Assembly (NCBI GenBank): GCA_964384105.1
Contig: CAYLJV010000001.1
Location: 348,900 to 412,899, forward strand
Reading direction: 5' to 3'
Source: Candidatus Hadarchaeota archaeon
Lineage (GTDB): Archaea > Hadarchaeota > Hadarchaeia > Hadarchaeales > JAGGTB01
Length of the DNA stretch: 64,000 nt
Shown here: positions 19,293 to 29,403 of the stretch, in pieces
Layout: every line of letters begins with the position of its first letter
How positions within the stretch are numbered: position 1 is the first letter of the stretch
The notes under the pieces: model-generated
The model's input: the letters and a program-made list of their open reading frames with translations, nothing else
Databases searched by the model: none
Told to the model about the DNA's origin: nothing
Program-made: the position numbers and the translations under genes

Positions 19293-20867
19293 TTACTGAT
19301 TTACTTCTTTTCCAATCATACATAGCCCTATTTCTTCTTTTTCAGTTTTCCTAGCATTGAGCACTGACACAATTTTACCTTCGTAGATAACTGCAATCCT
19401 GTCGCTTATCATCATTATTTCATCCAAGTCTTCGGATATCAACAGTATGCCTTTTCCTTTTTTCTTTTCATCCAGTAGAAGATTTCGAATATATTCTTGA
19501 GAACCGACGTCTAGTCCAGCCGTGGGTTTATCCACAAGAAGGAAGTCCGGATTATGAGAAAACTCTCTAGCTAACATGAGTCTCTGTATGTTGCCTCCCG
19601 ATAGCTTACCGGCCAGTTTGTCTAATGTGGGAGTTTGGATATCATACTGTTCTATTAGATTTTCTGCGTTTTCATTGACCTCTTTTTCGTTAACGAAAAA
19701 GTTTTTGTTCCAGGGTATTAACCAAGAATCTGCGAAAGGACAACGCCTGTGTAAACCAAGTATTAAATTTTCGGCTATAGAGCATTCGGGTACTATTCCA
19801 CTCACTCTTGCACTTTCTGGTAAATATCCAATACCTAATTCCCTTTTTTCTTTTGGTCCTTTGCTCGTAATGTCTTTGCCTTTGTATATTATCTGACCCT
19901 CCATAGGCTTCCTAAGACCCATAATAACTTCTACAAGTTCTTTCTGTCCATTTCCGCTCACACCGGCTATTCCAACGATCTCCCCCCTTCTAACTGATAA
20001 AGAAACTTCTTTCAAAGCTAGTGTATTTCTTTCGTTTAATGCTTTGACATTCTTTATCTCGAGGATTTTATCTCCTTTTTTGGAAGACGGATTTTTTAAT
20101 TTGAAAAGAACTTCTCTGCCAACCATCTTTTTAGCTATGTCTTTTTTACTTAGATTCTCATTTTTGAAAGTATCAATTACCTTACCTTTTCTGAGAACAG
20201 TAATTCGATCGCTTAATTCAATTACTTCCGGCAGTTTGTGTGTGATAAAAGGAACAGCTGACAACCCTTCTTGGGACATTTTTTGTAAAGTTTTGATTAG
20301 TTCTCTTTTTTCAATAGGACATAGGAAAGCGGTTGGTTCATCTAGAACAAGAATTTCCGCACCTCGGAATAGTGCTTTGATTATTTCTACTTTTTGTTTT
20401 TCACCGGTTGAGATTTGCCATGGTGTGGCTTCTAGATCGACCTTTAAATTGAATTTTTTTTGTATATCTAATATTCTCTCTTTAGCTTTTTCCATATCGA
20501 TAAAGGGACCATTAGTGGGTTCATAGCCAAGTACTATGTTTTCTATAACTTTCAGTGTTGGTACCAACATTATTGATTGGTGGACCATACCAATTCCAAG
20601 TTTTATTGCGTCTTGGGGTGATTTTATGTCTACTTTTTTTCCCCAAACTCTAATTTCGCCTTCATCCATTTGGTATAGTCCGTAGAGAATATTCATTAGA
20701 GTCGTTTTTCCGGAACCATTCTCTCCGAGAATGCTGTGAGTTTCTCCTTTTTTAAGGTTGAAATCTATTTTGTCGTTCGCTATCACACCAGGGAACTTTT
20801 TTATTATCCCCTTCATTTCTAGGATAACCTTTCCTGATTTGAAATCCTCCGAAATAGAATTGCTCAT
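19293..20867 (-). CDS. ABC transporter ATP-binding protein, CUT2/nucleoside (NupA-like), two ABC domains
   Basis: GENGSGKT, LVLDEPT, IAGVSGNGQ, LSGGNIQR and LLISEDLDE. Confidence 0.93.
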   Translation of the reverse strand: MSNSISEDFKSGKVILEMKGIIKKFPGVIANDKIDFNLKKGETHSILGENGSGKTTLMNILYGLYQMDEGEIRVWGKKVDIKSPQDAIKLGIGMVHQSIMLVPTLKVIENIVLGYEPTNGPFIDMEKAKERILDIQKKFNLKVDLEATPWQISTGEKQKVEIIKALFRGAEILVLDEPTAFLCPIEKRELIKTLQKMSQEGLSAVPFITHKLPEVIELSDRITVLRKGKVIDTFKNENLSKKDIAKKMVGREVLFKLKNPSSKKGDKILEIKNVKALNERNTLALKEVSLSVRRGEIVGIAGVSGNGQKELVEVIMGLRKPMEGQIIYKGKDITSKGPKEKRELGIGYLPESARVSGIVPECSIAENLILGLHRRCPFADSWLIPWNKNFFVNEKEVNENAENLIEQYDIQTPTLDKLAGKLSGGNIQRLMLAREFSHNPDFLLVDKPTAGLDVGSQEYIRNLLLDEKKKGKGILLISEDLDEIMMISDRIAVIYEGKIVSVLNARKTEKEEIGLCMIGKEVNQ

Positions 20868-21045
20868 CTTTACCCCTTAATATATGTCTTTCTTTTAAGA
20901 TAATAATATTGCTAGGCTTTTGTTCTTGATATACTTATAACTTATATGGAACTTCGACCGTATTTTACTAAGGACTTGGGGGGATGAAAAGATAGGAAAG
21001 GACTCAGAAACGCAGATAATTAGTTCTTTTATATATATCGGCATT

Positions 21046-22023
21046 TTGGTATTAGCTTTATTAGCATCTCTCTTGGTAGCGGGTATTTCAACTGAATTGG
21101 GTATACAAGAAACTTTTAGTATATTTTTTTCCTCAATATTTTCAGTATCTGGTTTTCTCGATGTTCTGAGGAGAACCACGCCTCTTTTAATTGCGGCCAT
21201 AGGTTTGGCGGTTGCCTTTAGAACTGGTTTTTGGAACATAGGTGGGGAAGGTCAGATAGTAATAGGTAGTTTAGTAGGTGTAGGAGTAAGCTTGTTCTTA
21301 GACGCTCCTGTTTTTCTTAAAATATTTCTAGCATTTTTTCTTAGTTTTCTGGCAGGTGGTGCTTTTGCCGGAGTTCCGGGTTTTATGAAAGCAAAATGGG
21401 ATGTCAATGATATTGTTAGTACGATGATGTTGAATTTTGTTGCTCTCGCCTTGCTAACTTATTTAATCGTTGGTCCTTGGCATTATGGGACGTTATATCC
21501 AAGAACAGAACCGATACCCGGAGGTATGCAGCTTCCATTTATATCCTATCCGTTGAGTGTGACTTTTTTTTTAGCATTGGCTTTGGCATTTGTCGTATAC
21601 CTACTTTTGAAAAAGACAACAATAGGATACGAAATGGAAATGGTTGGAAAGAACCCCACTGCGGCATATACATATGGGATTAGCACCACAAAAACTACCG
21701 TTTTAGCTGCAATAATAAGTGGCGGTGTATGTGCTTTAGCAGGGACTGCATTGGTTCTTGGTGAATTCTTTCGAGTTCAGGGCGGTATTTCTGGGAACTA
21801 TGGTTTTTATGCTATTGCGGTTGCTTTGCTAGCCAGAAATAAGGTAGAGTTTTTACTATTTGCCTCTTTGTTGGTTGCTATTATTATCACTGGTATGACA
21901 AGTTTGAGTGTTTCGGGTATGCCTAGTAGATTTGGTGAAGTTGTTGTGGGATTGATATTTATAATTGTATTTTTACCGGGGGTTTTGATTAAGAGCAAAT
22001 TTTTGAAGGGGTTGTTGACCTAA
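21046..22023 (+). CDS. ABC permease (NupB-like); true start may be ATG 20984 with a 1-nt frameshift
   Basis: FWNIGGEGQ, WDVNDIVSTMMLNF and GNYGFYAIAVALLA. In-frame TTG 21046 starts inside the first TM helix. Confidence 0.88.
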   Translation: MVLALLASLLVAGISTELGIQETFSIFFSSIFSVSGFLDVLRRTTPLLIAAIGLAVAFRTGFWNIGGEGQIVIGSLVGVGVSLFLDAPVFLKIFLAFFLSFLAGGAFAGVPGFMKAKWDVNDIVSTMMLNFVALALLTYLIVGPWHYGTLYPRTEPIPGGMQLPFISYPLSVTFFLALALAFVVYLLLKKTTIGYEMEMVGKNPTAAYTYGISTTKTTVLAAIISGGVCALAGTALVLGEFFRVQGGISGNYGFYAIAVALLARNKVEFLLFASLLVAIIITGMTSLSVSGMPSRFGEVVVGLIFIIVFLPGVLIKSKFLKGLLT

Positions 22024-22902
22024 ATGGATTGGCTAGGAATAATCAGTGGTATACTTTCATATTTTCCAGTAATTGGCCTTGCTGCTCTAGGTGAGCTCAT
22101 AAGTCAGAAAGCGGGTGTTTACAATATTGGGATAGAAGGGATTGTAGCATTTGGTACGTTCTCAGGAATTCTTGGATATTATCTTACCGGCTCACTTTGG
22201 TTGTCTTTGCTAATTGGTTTCGTTCTCGCTTCTATATTTGGTGTTCTTCTATCAGTTCTATCCGTAAGTTTAAACTTCGACCAGATAGTTATCGGGTTCG
22301 GTCTTTGGTTTTTGGCTGAAGGTTTGGCAGGATTTCTTTATGCCATCGCCGTCCCTGGTGAATTTAATGTACCAGAGAGATTCGGCGAAGTTATTTTCAA
22401 TTTGAATCCTTTGATTTTCATAACAATCGGGTTATTTGTATTTTTCTTTGTCTTACTTCGTTGGACAAAGGAGGGATTGGCAATAAGAGTTGTAGGAGAA
22501 AGACCAGAAGTAGCCGACACAGCAGGGATTAATGTTTCAAAAGTTAGATGGATTTGCTGCATAGTAGGGGCTGGGCTAATGGGGTTAGCTGGAGCGTATC
22601 TTGCAGTGCATGTTCTTCAAGGCTTTACATACAAGATGGTTGCAGGTTATGGTTGGATAGCTTTTGCTATTACATTATTTGGAAGATGGTCTCCTGGGGG
22701 TATTCTCTTTGGTTCGGTTTTTTTCTCTTCTTTAATAGGAATACAGACTCGCTTACAAGTTGCGAAGATATTGTTTATACCAAAAGAGTTTATGGTGGTA
22801 TTGCCCCATATTGGAGTAGTGGTATTGTTGGCAATATTGGGTATTTGGGGTAGAAAGACAGGTATGCCCGCAGCTCTAGGAAAACCCTATGAAAGGGAGT
22901 AG
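22024..22902 (+). CDS. ABC permease (NupC-like)
   Basis: GVYNIGIEG, GLAIRVVGERPEVADTAGINV, GYGWIAFA and PAALGKPY. Confidence 0.92.
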   Translation: MDWLGIISGILSYFPVIGLAALGELISQKAGVYNIGIEGIVAFGTFSGILGYYLTGSLWLSLLIGFVLASIFGVLLSVLSVSLNFDQIVIGFGLWFLAEGLAGFLYAIAVPGEFNVPERFGEVIFNLNPLIFITIGLFVFFFVLLRWTKEGLAIRVVGERPEVADTAGINVSKVRWICCIVGAGLMGLAGAYLAVHVLQGFTYKMVAGYGWIAFAITLFGRWSPGGILFGSVFFSSLIGIQTRLQVAKILFIPKEFMVVLPHIGVVVLLAILGIWGRKTGMPAALGKPYERE

Positions 22903-23000
22903 TTTCATTCTCTGGCTCTCTATCAACTTTTGTAGGTAGAATTTTTAAGTTGTTGTAACTTCGAAGAAAAATTTGTTAGAATTAAATTCTTATTAACTTA

Positions 23001-24743
23001 TCAATTCTTAGGCTTTCCATTATGTCCCCAGTTTCGAATTTTATAGTAATTATCTAGCATCTTCTCAAAATCTTTTCTACTAATTTCTCTCCCACTTGCA
23101 GGACCAGGTCCCGTAACGGGTTTTGTCATGAGTTTGGGTAAGTAATCATCTTTACGGCTGAAGCCTTCTTTTACGTTGAATTTTCTGGTCATGTTCCAAA
23201 CTTTTTCACCTAAGTTTTTCAATTCCTCCGTTGAATAATCATAACCTAGTAATTTCAACCATTCTTCTCCTAGGTCGTCGAGATAGGCGAACCTTCCAAA
23301 GTCACACAAGATATAGCACCAGAATAGTGAATTTCTATCCTGTCCTTCTTTTAGGATTTCCGCCTGGGCATCATAGTCCCATCTCGAATTTCCGAAAAAT
23401 GTTGTTGGTCCAACAACCCAAGCTCGCTTATGGCAGGCTCCTCGATCGCTTGTAGCGTATTCAAGTGCCATACCAACGGAGCCTCGCGGGTCATAGCCCG
23501 GATAATCCATACCTTTACACTCAGCGGCGAATTTTCTTCCACCATAAACGCTTGTTGCCTTTAGTATTCCTTGAGATAAAATTTCCCCTAATTCCCCTTC
23601 TCGGTGAGCAATTTTTTTCAGGACTTTAATGCTCTGTTTTGCATCACCAAATTTAATTGGGTAATCTATTATCCCTTCTTCGCTACACCTCATTAACCAA
23701 GCCAGAATGTTGCCAGTGGAAATTGTATCGATCCCATAATCGTTACAGAGATGATCAAGTTTAGCAACACTGCTTTTGTCCTTTATTCCACAGTTATACC
23801 CAAACATAGCTATTGTTTCGTATTCCGGTCCCTTTTGGGTAATGATATTAAATTCTCCATTTAAATCAAGAGAGTAACCACATGCTAGGGGGCAATTGTA
23901 GCAGGATTTTCTGCCCCTAATTGTTTTCTTAAAACTCTCTAGAGTTATAGAATCACAATTTTCACATTGGCTTTTTTTCCATCCTTCTGTAGGTAAAACC
24001 CCAACCCCATTAGAGGCTGCGATAGTATTCATAGTACCGGTATTAATGAAGGATTGGGTGGCGGGACTATTGCGGAGTTCTTTAGAATATTTAATAGATA
24101 ATTTTTTGATTTCTTCGGGAATATTAGGTCGATTTTTGTTTACGACTACACATTTCAGATTTTTCGAACCCATTACGGCTCCACTTCCTCCTCGCCCCGC
24201 ATGATGGGTTCCACGATCACATGAGATCGTCGCGTATCTAACTTTTTTTTCTCCAGCTAATCCGATTCCCGCAACTTCTGAATTTTTCCCAAATATATCG
24301 TATAGTTCATTGACACTTTTCCCTGAGAGATTTTTTGCATTTTTTAAGTTTATATTATTCTTGTCTATTTCCAAATAAACAAGTTCTTCTGCTTTTCCTT
24401 CGAAGACTATTCCTAAATAGTCAAATAAAGCAAACCTTAAATTAGCCGGAAAATTACCACCACAATAACAATCAAGAAAAGCCCCTGTTAGTGGAGATTT
24501 TGTTATAACTGCATAACGAGACGATGCCGGAGCGAGAGCCGTCATCGGCCCCCAAGCAAAAATAAGTATATTATCATGAGATATCGGATCGATCCCTGGT
24601 TTAAGCTCTTTCAATAGGTGATGAACGCCGAAACCTTTTCCACCTATGTATTCAAAATCATTAGGCAGAGTCTCTGTAGAAATCTCCTCGTTAGATAGAT
24701 CCACACGGAGAAATCTGTTCGGTTTAGAAATATTTTTTACCAT
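23001..24743 (-). CDS. aor: Aldehyde:ferredoxin oxidoreductase family (tungstopterin) protein 1
   Basis: KSPLTG, GGSGAVMGSKNLK, CxxCxxxC, GPEYET, YGIDTIS, DRGACH and YYKIRNW. Confidence 0.9.
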   Translation of the reverse strand: MVKNISKPNRFLRVDLSNEEISTETLPNDFEYIGGKGFGVHHLLKELKPGIDPISHDNILIFAWGPMTALAPASSRYAVITKSPLTGAFLDCYCGGNFPANLRFALFDYLGIVFEGKAEELVYLEIDKNNINLKNAKNLSGKSVNELYDIFGKNSEVAGIGLAGEKKVRYATISCDRGTHHAGRGGSGAVMGSKNLKCVVVNKNRPNIPEEIKKLSIKYSKELRNSPATQSFINTGTMNTIAASNGVGVLPTEGWKKSQCENCDSITLESFKKTIRGRKSCYNCPLACGYSLDLNGEFNIITQKGPEYETIAMFGYNCGIKDKSSVAKLDHLCNDYGIDTISTGNILAWLMRCSEEGIIDYPIKFGDAKQSIKVLKKIAHREGELGEILSQGILKATSVYGGRKFAAECKGMDYPGYDPRGSVGMALEYATSDRGACHKRAWVVGPTTFFGNSRWDYDAQAEILKEGQDRNSLFWCYILCDFGRFAYLDDLGEEWLKLLGYDYSTEELKNLGEKVWNMTRKFNVKEGFSRKDDYLPKLMTKPVTGPGPASGREISRKDFEKMLDNYYKIRNWGHNGKPKN

Positions 24744-25055
24744 ATTGTGCCTCTGACCGTTTATTATTGTTTATATCTATAATATTTAGTTTACGAAAAA
24801 TTTTCCTACGTACAATTTTTATTATTGTTTTGAAAGTGATAATTCCTATAAAATGATAGGAGAACTTTTTTAATATTTTTTAATCTCTTTTCTAGCTTCA
24901 ATTGCTTTCTATTTTATTATTAACGAAATTATTTCTGTTATTTCCAGAATCAATTGCCTAATATTTTTTACCTAAGGTTTAAAATAAAAATAAAGTTCTC
25001 TTTTTTTGAGTTAATTATTAACCTTTTTTCACTATAATTAAAGTAAGGATAAAAA

Positions 25056-26312
25056 ATGAAAAATAAGCAAATTTTATCAAAGGTAAGAGAAAACAGAGAG
25101 GAGCTTATAAATTTTGCTACTAAACTCATAAACTTCAAGACATCCAACCCTCCAGGTGAAAATTATCAAAGAGCTCAAAAATGGTTTGCAAAAAAGTTAC
25201 AAGAAATAGGTATGAAGGTTGAAACCTTCGAAATTTATCCTAATGAACCAAACGTGATTAGTTTATTGGAAGGATTAGGAAAAAAGACTTTGATTTTCAA
25301 TGGTCATATGGACGTTGCTCAGGTTAAGGAAAGTGAAAAATGGAACTTTGATCCTTTCAATGCCAAATATGACAAAGAATTTTTGTATGGAAGGGGTTCT
25401 ACCGATATGAAGGGAGGGTTGGCTGCAGTATACATTGCTATAAAAACACTTTGTGATAATGGATTCGATTTTAATCAAAATATAATGTTTCAATCTGTTG
25501 TGGGGGAGGAGGCAGGTGAACATGGCACCAAGATGGCCTTAGAAAAGGGATACACTGGAGATTTTGCTATTGTTCCAGAGCCCAACAACTTGAAAATACA
25601 AGGACAGGGAGGAGCAATTACTCTTTGGATTAAGCTGAAAAGCGACAGAGTATATCATGATGGTACGAGGAGAAAATTAATTCATGCAGGCGGTGGGATC
25701 GAAGGAGCTAGTATGATCGAAAAGGCTTGTAAAATCTTGATTGGTATGCAAGACTTAGAAAAATATTGGAGTGTGATGAAAAAGTATCCGGGCATGCCGC
25801 CGGGGGCAAATACGATAAATCCTTCCGTTATAAATGGCGGAAGAAATCCTGCATTTATTGCTGACGAATGCAAGGTTTGGTATAGTATACACTTCTTACC
25901 AAATGAAAAAGTAGAAGAAGTGAAAAAAGAAGTATCAACTCATATAGAAAAGGTTTCTGAATCGGATCCGTGGCTCAGAAATAATCCTCCAAAGTTGGAA
26001 TGGGGGGGAAATTCTTTATTTAAGGGAACTGGAGAAGTATTTCCGTCTGCCGAAATTGAAATAGAAAATTGTTTTGTTCAATCTTTCATAAAAAACTATG
26101 AAGATATTTTCGGAAAAAACCCTAAACCATCAATTTGGCCTTCAGTCAGTGATGCTGGTTGGTTTTCGGAGTTTGGGATACCTGTTGTCATATGTGGTCC
26201 TGGAAGAATAGAAGAAGCTCACTCCGTAAACGAAAAGGTAGAAATTGACCAACTTATTAAAGCTGCCGAGTTATATGCTAGTTACATTATTAACTTCTGT
26301 GAAGAAAGATAA
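25056..26312 (+). CDS. ylmB: M20 family hydrolase, YlmB-like N-formyl-aminomethylpyrimidine deformylase
   Basis: M20 motifs NGHMD, GRGSTDMKGG, GEE and AHSVNE. Segments I recall as typical of Bacillus YlmB: HDGTRRxxIHAGGG, GASxIEK, NTINPxVIxGGR, FIADEC, SDxWLR and WGGxS. Confidence 0.8.
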   Translation: MKNKQILSKVRENREELINFATKLINFKTSNPPGENYQRAQKWFAKKLQEIGMKVETFEIYPNEPNVISLLEGLGKKTLIFNGHMDVAQVKESEKWNFDPFNAKYDKEFLYGRGSTDMKGGLAAVYIAIKTLCDNGFDFNQNIMFQSVVGEEAGEHGTKMALEKGYTGDFAIVPEPNNLKIQGQGGAITLWIKLKSDRVYHDGTRRKLIHAGGGIEGASMIEKACKILIGMQDLEKYWSVMKKYPGMPPGANTINPSVINGGRNPAFIADECKVWYSIHFLPNEKVEEVKKEVSTHIEKVSESDPWLRNNPPKLEWGGNSLFKGTGEVFPSAEIEIENCFVQSFIKNYEDIFGKNPKPSIWPSVSDAGWFSEFGIPVVICGPGRIEEAHSVNEKVEIDQLIKAAELYASYIINFCEER

Positions 26313-26440
26313 GCTTTTAAGAATTAACAATACTACTATCGTACTATTTATTGTACTTGGGTTACTTGTAAACATTTTTTTATTAGTAAGCGGTATATTC
26401 TTTTAGTATTAATTAATTAGGTAAGTTATTGGTGTAATTT

Positions 26441-27466
26441 ATGAAATCAGTACGTTTTTATGGAAAAGATAAACCTCTCAAGGTTGAAGAGATAAAAGTT
26501 CCGGAAATAAGAAGCGAAGAAGTTTTAACTAAAGTTAAGGCTGCTGGTATTTGTCATACAGATTTACATTTTTTGGATGGAACTCTTGAGCCCTGGAAGG
26601 GCGAGTTACCATTGATCTTGGGTCATGAGGTTTCGGGTGAAGTTATAAGAACTGGCGAAGATGTCAAGAGTTTCAAAAAAGGCGATAGGGTAATCATTAA
26701 TAATAATCTGAACTGTGGTGAGTGTAAATATTGTAAATTTGGTCGCGAGAATCTCTGTTCGAATTTGGATCAATATGGTTTTACCGTGGATGGTGGGTAC
26801 GCGGAGATGATAAAAGTGAAGGAATCTAGTCTTTTGGAGTTGCCTGAGGAGATTCCTTTTGAAATAGGATCCATTTTACCTTGTTCTGTTGCATCAGTGT
26901 ACCATGGATTAGTCAAAATAGCGGATTTGAGAAAAAACGACACTTTGTTGATAAATGGGTTTGGTGGTTTAGGAAACAGTGCACTGCAAATAGCTAAGTA
27001 TTTGGAAGTTAGGACTTTGATAGTTGATGTTTCAGAGGAGAAGTTAAAGTCTGCTAGTGAAAATGGTGCTGACTTTGTAATAAACGCTGCTAAAGACAAT
27101 GTTATTGATAAAGTTATGGAATTTACAGAAGGGGAGGGATTAAATGCCGCTGTTGAATTTGTAGGCACAGCTACCTCGATGAAAAATGCTTTGGATTCTC
27201 TAGGAAAAATGGGTCGGTACTTAATTATTGGTTATACGAGTGATAAATTGGAGATTACTCCTTTGAATATGGTTGTCAATGAAATTGAAATATTGAGCTC
27301 AGTCGCTTATACCATGGAGGATTTGAAGGAGGTCGTCGAATTAGTGGCTGATGGGAAGATTGAACCAAAAATATCAAAGATAGTTAGTCTTGAGGAGATT
27401 CCCGCTACTTTAGAAGAATTGAGAAAAGGAAGAATAAAAGGAAGAGCCGTTGCTAAAATGGATTAG
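26441..27466 (+). CDS. Zn-dependent alcohol dehydrogenase (MDR)
   Basis: GICHTD, GHEVSG, structural Zn CGECKYC...C, and GFGGLG. Confidence 0.93.
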   Translation: MKSVRFYGKDKPLKVEEIKVPEIRSEEVLTKVKAAGICHTDLHFLDGTLEPWKGELPLILGHEVSGEVIRTGEDVKSFKKGDRVIINNNLNCGECKYCKFGRENLCSNLDQYGFTVDGGYAEMIKVKESSLLELPEEIPFEIGSILPCSVASVYHGLVKIADLRKNDTLLINGFGGLGNSALQIAKYLEVRTLIVDVSEEKLKSASENGADFVINAAKDNVIDKVMEFTEGEGLNAAVEFVGTATSMKNALDSLGKMGRYLIIGYTSDKLEITPLNMVVNEIEILSSVAYTMEDLKEVVELVADGKIEPKISKIVSLEEIPATLEELRKGRIKGRAVAKMD

Positions 27467-27566
27467 TTATTATTTTTTAATCAATTTTTTTGATATCGGG
27501 GAAAATAAAATAGATTCCACTATTTATAATAAAAATATAAATAGAAGTATCAAGGCTAATCAACTA

Positions 27567-29006
27567 ATGAAGACTGTTTTTGATGGGGGGAAGATTGTAA
27601 CGGGAGATGGAAATACTATCATCGAGAAAGGATATGTTGTCACTCATGATGGATTAATAACGGAGGTAGGAAAAGGCTCCTACTCTAAAACCCATAAGAG
27701 TGGTAGGATCATAGAAGCCAGTGACAAATTGATCATTCCTGGAATAATAAACCATCACGAACACTATCTAACATTTGGACCTGGAATTGTTGGGGAGTAT
27801 CCTTGGTACGAAGAGAAAGTTATAGAAAATTTAAATAAGCATATGCTTCAGGGTACTACCACCATACTCAATCAGGATGGGTTGATAACCCCAGAAGAGT
27901 TCGCTAAAACTAATTATTTACATCCGATAAATCTTAAGACCACAACCCTTCATATAAAACCGTATATTGAAGCGGCTGAGATAATCAGCGAATGTCCAGG
28001 ACTTTCGGAAGAACATAGGAAGCTTACGGTCGGTGAAATGGTGAATAATGGTGCTGTGGCTATTGGTGAAGTTGAAGAGTTGACAACACTATCTACTTTC
28101 TATTTTCCCAAAATTATCAAAAAAAGGACAGGATATTATATAACTTCTAAAGATGCTCGTCGACTACTAAGGGCCATACTCGGTAACGTTGATAACCCAC
28201 CGGATTTTGATCCTCAAAAAGTTAATAGTATCCTAGAGGATATTGACCTCGCAGAAAAATTAGACCCTGTTGAAATTAAAAATTTATTTGAAGAAACCAT
28301 CCTTAAACAACACAAGATTTGCAAGAAAGTTTATTCAGAAGCGGGAAGACTTGGTGCGAAATATAACATACCGGTTGTAGTACATTATAGTTTAGAATGC
28401 ATGAATTGGGTTGTTGAATTGGCTGAGAAATTTGCCAAAAAGGTTAATATTATAGCAGCTCATTGTGACTCAGTTACTTTTTCAGATGTTGAAGCTGCTA
28501 TAGAAACTACGAAGAAACTGAAGAAGATGGGGGTAATAGCCAATACTACTTCGTATATGAAAAATCACAATGAAATCACTGATATTTCGGCAAGGCTTTT
28601 CGAGGAAAATTTAGTCGATAACATATGCACTGATGGGATAATGGAACACGATTCTATACTATTCTTTATAGAGCGTCTTATGGAGGAAAATCTTGTGGGT
28701 TTATCGGAGGCGATAGCGATGGTTACTAGTAATGTGGTGGATGCGATTCCCAATCTTGCACCCCACAGGGGTCTGATAAAAGAAGGTAAAATAGCAGATT
28801 TGGTGCTTGTTGACGAGCAAGAAATCTCAAATGTAGAAAAAGTGATGATCGGTGGAGAAATTGTGGTTGAAAACGGTGCGAGGCCTAGAGAAGAAGTTCC
28901 CCTAATGGAGCCGTCCGTATATGATCCGGAAGGTAGGAATCCTGTAAGATCTTTATATACGAAATTACCAAGTAAGTTAACAAGAGAGAATAGTTGGTTG
29001 GTATAG
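27567..29006 (+). CDS. Divergent amidohydrolase-superfamily protein
   Basis: ATG 27567 (MKTVFDGGKIVTGDG) after TATA-like TTTATAAT. IIPGIINHHEH, GTTTI, ICTDG and GLIKEGKIADLV. Confidence 0.8.
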   Translation: MKTVFDGGKIVTGDGNTIIEKGYVVTHDGLITEVGKGSYSKTHKSGRIIEASDKLIIPGIINHHEHYLTFGPGIVGEYPWYEEKVIENLNKHMLQGTTTILNQDGLITPEEFAKTNYLHPINLKTTTLHIKPYIEAAEIISECPGLSEEHRKLTVGEMVNNGAVAIGEVEELTTLSTFYFPKIIKKRTGYYITSKDARRLLRAILGNVDNPPDFDPQKVNSILEDIDLAEKLDPVEIKNLFEETILKQHKICKKVYSEAGRLGAKYNIPVVVHYSLECMNWVVELAEKFAKKVNIIAAHCDSVTFSDVEAAIETTKKLKKMGVIANTTSYMKNHNEITDISARLFEENLVDNICTDGIMEHDSILFFIERLMEENLVGLSEAIAMVTSNVVDAIPNLAPHRGLIKEGKIADLVLVDEQEISNVEKVMIGGEIVVENGARPREEVPLMEPSVYDPEGRNPVRSLYTKLPSKLTRENSWLV

Positions 29007-29151
29007 TATTTCTGTAAAGAAGTTGTCTCATTTTTTAATTGCTTTTGATTTACGTAAGTTTGTTTAAATCCATACTAAAAAGGATTAAATTAATTGCTCT
29101 AGGTGCAAGAAATACTTATAGGATTTAAAATTCACTATTGTAACTCGTAGT

Positions 29152-29397
29152 ATGAAAATAATTACTGACTCTAATCTTTGTACTGGGTGCCGTACTTGTG
29201 AGGTTATCTGTACTTATCATCACGAGGGAGCTTTTGGAAGGAGTTCTTCAAGTATTGCAGTTGAGAGAAATGAAGAGAGGGGAGTATTCGAGATTAAGAT
29301 AGAGGAGAGGGGTGAACATGCTTGTGATTTATGTGGTGGAGATCCTCTCTGCGTAAAATACTGTGCAGTGGATGCAATAAAAATAAAGAAGAGTTGA
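29152..29397 (+). CDS. Small 4Fe-4S ferredoxin-like subunit preceding AOR 2
   Basis: CTGCRTCEVIC and CDLCGGDPLCVKYCAVDAI. Confidence 0.85.
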   Translation: MKIITDSNLCTGCRTCEVICTYHHEGAFGRSSSSIAVERNEERGVFEIKIEERGEHACDLCGGDPLCVKYCAVDAIKIKKS

Positions 29398-29403
29398 TTA
29401 GAC

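Noticed and set aside
27450-27566. N-terminal extension of the amidohydrolase in the ORF track
   Set aside because: It overlaps the Zn-ADH stop, is a low-complexity AT-rich stretch and contains a TATA box; ATG 27567 is more plausible.
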